Of a stretch of DNA of 21,952 bases, positions 17,496 to 21,952 are shown in pieces. The position numbers and the translations under genes are program-made. Under the pieces are notes generated by a model. The model made no database searches. It saw nothing but the letters and a program-made list of their open reading frames with translations, and was not told where the DNA came from. Numbering within the stretch: position 1 is the first letter of the stretch; the number at the start of each line of letters is the position of its first letter. Location: the UHGV virus genome UHGV-0246870; one strand, given 5' to 3'. The DNA comes from a virus.

Positions 17496-17679
17496 GTCTG
17501 TAACAACCGAACTGATAATCTGCCAGACCCGCCATAACAAGCTGGGTCAGTATTAACTGACAGCGTTCGCGTGAAAGGTACGTATTCTGCGCAATTTCCC
17601 CGACGGTCGCCGGTTCGGTGACGCTTAATTCATTAAACACCACTCTGGCGGTTTCGGTCATATCCTGCTGTTTTAGCAT
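17482..17679 (-). CDS. Small hypothetical protein (about 65 aa), possible HTH-type
   Basis: ORF taken from ATG 17679 (MLKQQDMTETARV...). Followed by a terminator. Lies between the tR'-like terminator and the DPPY methyltransferase. Function not recognisable. Confidence 0.35.
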   Translation of the reverse strand: MLKQQDMTETARVVFNELSVTEPATVGEIAQNTYLSRERCQLILTQLVMAGLADYQFGCYRRLPQ

Positions 17680-17801
17680 GTCTTTTTCCCTTTTCTGGTT
17701 AACGTGACATACCAATAACTCTTGTCGAAAAAGCCAGCAAGGTGAAAAGTTGGTATCCACAACCACCGAAACGTTTACCGTACTGCCCCCACGTCCAGGG
17801 C

Positions 17802-17821
17802 AAAAAAAAACCGCACGGCGG
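17802..17821 (-). terminator. Candidate terminator, minus strand (tR'-like position)
   Basis: Short GC hairpin CCGC-ACG-GCGG followed on the minus strand by nine T (plus-strand A-run 17802-17810). Confidence 0.4.
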
Positions 17822-17933
17822 CGGGTTTAAGCTGTGTGGCGAAGTAACCACTCTTAACACGATACTGTAGCTTTTGCGTACGCGTTAGCATTTTTGTAAA
17901 ATACCTTACCTTCACATCACTTTAGTCGAAAAA

Positions 17934-19724
17934 ATGAACAACCATTTAAAACTAAAACAAATTATGGCATCCGCTCAGATTGAGCCATTTATTAGACATA
18001 TTCGTTTCCCATTTTTCAAAAACCTCGCCGAAGGAAGCAAAATCGATTTTGATTATCCAGTCACGGCGTTGGTCGGTCAAAATGGAACGAATAAAAGCTC
18101 AGTTTTAAGAGCCCTTTTCGGCTCACCAAACAACTATTCATTAGGTAGCCTATGGTTTTCTACAGATGTGGATGAAATTAAAGACGGTGGTCGCTCAAGA
18201 TTCATTTATGGATATTATGATAAAGCTACTGATTCTATTGTTGAAGTAATCAAAACCCGAATTTCTAAAGAAAATGATCCTGACTACTGGGAACCTTCTA
18301 GGCCTCTAAAATCAGATAATATGGCTACTATGCCTGATACAATACTTTCGGATAACCAATTAAAAACACGATGGAAAGCCATTGATAAAAATGTAATCTA
18401 TTTAGATTTCAGAGCAACGATAAGTGCATTCGATAAATTCTTTTATCATTCTGACTTTCATACATATCCCAAGAAGGATTATCTTAGAAAACGCAGTCAA
18501 ATGCTAAGAGAAATCATCGATAACGATCTAAAAAAATATCAACCCCACAAAGGTAAAAAAGATAAACTCTTTGTCAATACTTTATTAGGCAAAAATAAAG
18601 TTGAGGCAATCAGCAAAATTTTAGGGCGAAAATACACTAGTATTAGACTTATCGAGCATTGCTTATTTACGAATGACAAAGCTCCAACAATTATACTTCA
18701 GTCAGAAAACTTAAAATATTCTGAAGCATTCGCTGGTAGTGGAGAATTCGCCGTATCTATTTTAGTACATAAACTAATAGACAGTCCAAACGCATCACTA
18801 ATTCTTTTAGACGAACCTGAAGTATCGCTTCACCCTTCAGCACAATGCCAATTAATGGAATTTTTATCTGAACAAGCAATTAAAAAGAAACATCAAATTG
18901 TGATATCCACTCATTCATCAACAATAGTAAAAGACTTACCGAAAAATGCTATAAAATTATTTTGCCTGAATGATAAATTAGGAAAAGTTGATGTTCTGCA
19001 AAATGTCAGCCCAGAAGAATCTTTCTTCATCCTTGGTGAGCGAATCGAGAAGAGAACAGTTATTGTAGAAGATCGCTTGGCTAAGAGGTTTGTAGAGAAA
19101 GCTCTTAAAGCAGGTGGTGAAGCATTATTAAACTCCTTTGAAGTCAAGCACTTTCCTGGAGGGGCCGGAAGTATTTTTCAAACTTTAGCAGCCCCATTAT
19201 GTGTTGCTAACGTTAAAAACGTTATTTTTTTGCTAGATGGTGATCAATCTATTGTTGATAACTACCCAACCTCTGACTCAATACCAGAAAACGAGAACCC
19301 TAATCTTCAGGATATTATAAAATCAATAACAAACCAAGACATCAAATTTAACTGCGATGGCTCTAAAGGTGTAGCTAATCATAGCCAAAAATATAAAATG
19401 CAAAGAGATTTCATCGATTTCATTCACGATAGCATCGGTTTCCTTCCTGTTTACACGCCTGAAATATTTCTTATTGAAAATGTCTATGGAGACTACAAGG
19501 AATATAAAGAATTAATTTCGAAAGACGTTCAAGATGCTAAACAAATTACTAAGGAAATTTGTAAACTCGATACTGGGCTGGATAATGTTACTAGTGATGA
19601 TATCTTTGAAACTCAAATTAGAATGCTAAATAAAATACCGAATGATCATGAAATGTTAACGAAAACTCGAGAGTTGCTGCAAATCTTTTTAGATAATGAT
19701 ACTATCAGACCAAGAGTGAGGTAG
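17934..19724 (+). CDS. OLD-family-like ATP-dependent nuclease candidate (N-terminal ABC/AAA ATPase, C-terminal Toprim-like)
   Basis: 596 aa. Walker A GQNGTNKSS, Walker B ILLDEPEVSLHP, H-loop ISTHS. C-terminal VIVED ... FLLDGDQS resembles the Toprim Glu and DxD motifs. AT-rich codon usage unlike the flanking phage genes. Confidence 0.7.
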   Translation: MNNHLKLKQIMASAQIEPFIRHIRFPFFKNLAEGSKIDFDYPVTALVGQNGTNKSSVLRALFGSPNNYSLGSLWFSTDVDEIKDGGRSRFIYGYYDKATDSIVEVIKTRISKENDPDYWEPSRPLKSDNMATMPDTILSDNQLKTRWKAIDKNVIYLDFRATISAFDKFFYHSDFHTYPKKDYLRKRSQMLREIIDNDLKKYQPHKGKKDKLFVNTLLGKNKVEAISKILGRKYTSIRLIEHCLFTNDKAPTIILQSENLKYSEAFAGSGEFAVSILVHKLIDSPNASLILLDEPEVSLHPSAQCQLMEFLSEQAIKKKHQIVISTHSSTIVKDLPKNAIKLFCLNDKLGKVDVLQNVSPEESFFILGERIEKRTVIVEDRLAKRFVEKALKAGGEALLNSFEVKHFPGGAGSIFQTLAAPLCVANVKNVIFLLDGDQSIVDNYPTSDSIPENENPNLQDIIKSITNQDIKFNCDGSKGVANHSQKYKMQRDFIDFIHDSIGFLPVYTPEIFLIENVYGDYKEYKELISKDVQDAKQITKEICKLDTGLDNVTSDDIFETQIRMLNKIPNDHEMLTKTRELLQIFLDNDTIRPRVR

Positions 19725-19727
19725 ATA

Positions 19728-20768
19728 ATGACTAAAAAGATACATGTATACGATTTTTTTTCCGGCTGCGGAGGCACTAGTGCAGGCCTAAAAGCAGTGG
19801 GTATGGAAATTATATTTGGTTTAGATATTGATCTAGACTCGTCTAATACCTTCAAGAAAAACAATCCATTAGCACATTTCATCAATGGTGATATCAAAGA
19901 TACACATGTTGAAGATATTAATCATCTAATTTCTGACTCAAAAAAATGTAAAGCCCTGACTTTGTTTTGCGGATGTGCCCCATGTCAACCATTCTCAAAA
20001 CAGAACAAAACACGGAACAACGACGATCCCAGGAAAGATCTCCTGACTGAATTTGCACGTTTTGTATCTTATTATGTTCCTGATTTCGTACTGATAGAAA
20101 ATGTGCCTGGAATCCAAAACGTCGATATCAATAACGGAAACTTCCAGAAATTTCTTGAAGTTTTAACTCATCATAACTACAACGTTGATTTTGGTGTTGT
20201 TCCTGCTTTGTGGTTCGGAGTTCCTCAGACCCGTGAACGTTTTGTTTTGCTGGCGTCAAGACACACACATATTAAGCTCCCACCCAAAACTCATGACGGA
20301 GTAGAAACTCCGTTTGCAACGGTAAGAGATTGGATCGGTAATTTACCACCTATAGCTGCAGGTGAAACTCATAAAGAGATAATTGATCACACAGCAGCCA
20401 GGCTGTCCGAACTGAATATTAAACGCATAAAAGCTACCCCAGAGGGAAAAGGAAGGGAGTCTTGGCCTGAGAATTTGATCTTAGAATGCCATAAGAAATA
20501 TAAAGGGCATACGGATGTTTATGGACGTCTTTCATGGGACAAACCTGCAAGTGGCTTAACGACTAGGTGTATAAGCTATTCGAATGGACGTTTCGGGCAT
20601 CCTGAACAAGACCGAGCAATTTCAGTTAGAGAGGCTGCGTTATTACAGACATTCCCATTAGACTATTCCTTCACGGGGTCGTTAGTATCAAAAGCAAAAC
20701 AAATTGGGAATGCGGTTCCTCCCAAGATGGCTGAAGCACTTGGGAGAGCTATAATTTCGTCGATTTAA
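19728..20768 (+). CDS. DNA (cytosine-5)-methyltransferase
   Basis: 346 aa with C5-MTase motifs: I FSGCGG, IV GCAPCQ (catalytic Cys), VI ENV, VIII QTRERF, X GNAVPP. ATG is 3 nt after the upstream stop, with GAGG within the upstream gene end. Confidence 0.85.
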   Translation: MTKKIHVYDFFSGCGGTSAGLKAVGMEIIFGLDIDLDSSNTFKKNNPLAHFINGDIKDTHVEDINHLISDSKKCKALTLFCGCAPCQPFSKQNKTRNNDDPRKDLLTEFARFVSYYVPDFVLIENVPGIQNVDINNGNFQKFLEVLTHHNYNVDFGVVPALWFGVPQTRERFVLLASRHTHIKLPPKTHDGVETPFATVRDWIGNLPPIAAGETHKEIIDHTAARLSELNIKRIKATPEGKGRESWPENLILECHKKYKGHTDVYGRLSWDKPASGLTTRCISYSNGRFGHPEQDRAISVREAALLQTFPLDYSFTGSLVSKAKQIGNAVPPKMAEALGRAIISSI

Positions 20769-20790
20769 GCGAAGCCCTATTGGGCTTCGC
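20769..20790. terminator. Perfect 9-bp stem hairpin between convergent genes (candidate bidirectional terminator or insert boundary)
   Basis: GCGAAGCCC-TATT-GGGCTTCGC. Starts 1 nt after the C5-MTase stop and contains the last codons and stop of the Q-like gene. No strong U-tract on either side. Confidence 0.4.
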
Positions 20791-21133
20791 TTAACAGCGA
20801 CAAAACACCTGATATGAACCCCATAGCTGTTTGAAGTTCTTTGCGAATAGTTCCATCACAACATTTTCTTCTTTTTGCAATCGTCCTCAGTGAAATCCCG
20901 ATAACAAAGTGGGCAATGATCAGCTCATATTCTTCTGGTTTATATTTCCGCAGGCGGGCCACACAACCGTCTATCATAATACCTTCATCATCATCACACT
21001 GGAGGCGTGACTTTTTACCGTGTGGTAGAAGCCCCTTGAAGCCTGCCGCTATCGACTGCCAATCGACACCACTATTTTCTGCTGCAGCCCATGCCCCCCA
21101 GCGGTCTAAAACCTCATACATATCACGCCCCAT
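20777..21133 (-). CDS. Q: Late-gene antiterminator Q (small QuuD-like type)
   Basis: About 118 aa from ATG 21133 (SD GAGGTGA). MGRDMYEVLDRWGAWAA...GFKGL...CDDDEGIMIDGCVARL resembles the DLP12 QuuD-type Q as I recall it. Directly downstream of rusA, as in lambdoid nin regions. Confidence 0.65.
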   Translation of the reverse strand: MGRDMYEVLDRWGAWAAAENSGVDWQSIAAGFKGLLPHGKKSRLQCDDDEGIMIDGCVARLRKYKPEEYELIIAHFVIGISLRTIAKRRKCCDGTIRKELQTAMGFISGVLSLLSEAQ

Positions 21134-21494
21134 TACTATCACCTCTAATTTCGCAAATCTTCACGCCCAACCGACCACCAGGAACGACCTTACCGCGCAC
21201 TATATTGATTTCATCAAACTGCTCGTCATCGATAAGCAGTCCCGCATGCGTTAGTGCATCCAGCGGTGCTTTCAGGATATTGTCCAGGTCACGACGGCGC
21301 TTATCCGGCGGCTCTGCAATGATCTTTATCGCCAGCCTTCCGGACAGGTTTAATTTCAGCCGCTGCTGGCGAACAATAAGCGCCACATCACGGCGATAAC
21401 GCTCACCGGCTTTTGATACAAAATATGTGCTGCCACGACGACGCCAGTAGGTGTTCACCGTCGGCGGGTAAGGCAAAACAAACTCTATACGCAT
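21123..21494 (-). CDS. rusA: Holliday junction resolvase RusA
   Basis: 123 aa. VLPYPPTVNTYWRRRG ... PDKRRRDLDNILKAPLDALTHAGLLIDD matches the RusA family pattern. Confidence 0.85.
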   Translation of the reverse strand: MRIEFVLPYPPTVNTYWRRRGSTYFVSKAGERYRRDVALIVRQQRLKLNLSGRLAIKIIAEPPDKRRRDLDNILKAPLDALTHAGLLIDDEQFDEINIVRGKVVPGGRLGVKICEIRGDSNGA

Positions 21495-21506
21495 CAGTAA
21501 CCTCTT

Positions 21507-21839
21507 TTACCCGAGCACGCCGGTTGCAAAGGCGCGATCAAGAAAACGAAAAATTAAATCAATCTGGGAACCATGCTTTTCTTCAAATGCCAGCGGATCA
21601 GCATGAAGTTCGTTGTGATGCTCCCGGCACAACGGTAACGTGAAAATATCGTGGGCTTTTGTCCCTATTCCGCCCTGACCATGACCAATCAGGTGATGGG
21701 GATCGTCTGCTGGCTTACCACAACACGCACACGGCTGTGTCTTCACCCAGCGTGTGTATTTCTCGTTAACCCAGCGGCGACGTTTAGGTCGTTTCATGAA
21801 AGATTCCGGAGACTCAGGATCAACGGCAATGCTGACCAC
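21507..21839 (-). CDS. nin-region protein with HNH-like Cys/His zinc-binding motif (DUF968/DUF1364-like), N-terminus uncertain
   Basis: CACCGKPADDPHHLIGHGQGGIGTKAHDIFTLPLCREHHNELH motif. Sits upstream of rusA. The reading frame stays open to the window end (21952), so the true start may be the internal ATG at 21797 or lie outside the window. Confidence 0.55.
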   Translation of the reverse strand: MVSIAVDPESPESFMKRPKRRRWVNEKYTRWVKTQPCACCGKPADDPHHLIGHGQGGIGTKAHDIFTLPLCREHHNELHADPLAFEEKHGSQIDLIFRFLDRAFATGVLG

Positions 21840-21952
21840 CGTCTTTTCCTGTGGTGGGTTCTGTTGCTGGTGGGCGTGAGGCAGCGGCGCAAGATTTTTT
21901 GTGCGCTGTTTCAGTATGCTGGTGGCGGTCTGCTCTCCCGGTACGATGTCGC

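Noticed and set aside
20841-21254. 137-aa plus-strand ORF antisense to Q and rusA
   Set aside because: Overlaps two well-supported minus-strand genes. Ser/Pro-rich off-frame translation.

Overview
This window is the late/structural arm of a lambda-like (lambdoid) siphovirus prophage, typical of Enterobacteriaceae, with nearly all genes on the minus strand. The one exception is a roughly 2.8-kb AT-rich plus-strand insert (17934-20768) carrying an OLD-family-like ABC-ATPase/Toprim nuclease gene translationally coupled to a C5-cytosine methyltransferase gene; this is my best candidate for an undescribed restriction-modification-like or defence module. Reading the minus strand from right to left: a nin-region Zn-finger protein, RusA, and a Q-like antiterminator; then the plus-strand insert; then a tR'-like terminator, a small HTH-like ORF, a DPPY-type (N6A/N4C) methyltransferase, tRNA-Thr(UGU) and tRNA-Gly(UCC), tandem terminators, and a lysis cassette (holin-like, membrane protein, M15 peptidase endolysin, small lipoprotein); then two small AT-rich moron ORFs, a lambda-like cos site, terminase small and large subunits, W-like connector, portal, a prohead protease-scaffold-major capsid fusion, a DUF2190-like head protein, FII-like, Z, U, V, G (apparently frameshifted), T, tape measure H, M and the start of L. 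All homology calls come from reading the ORF translations against remembered protein families; no database search was run. GC estimates are by eye.
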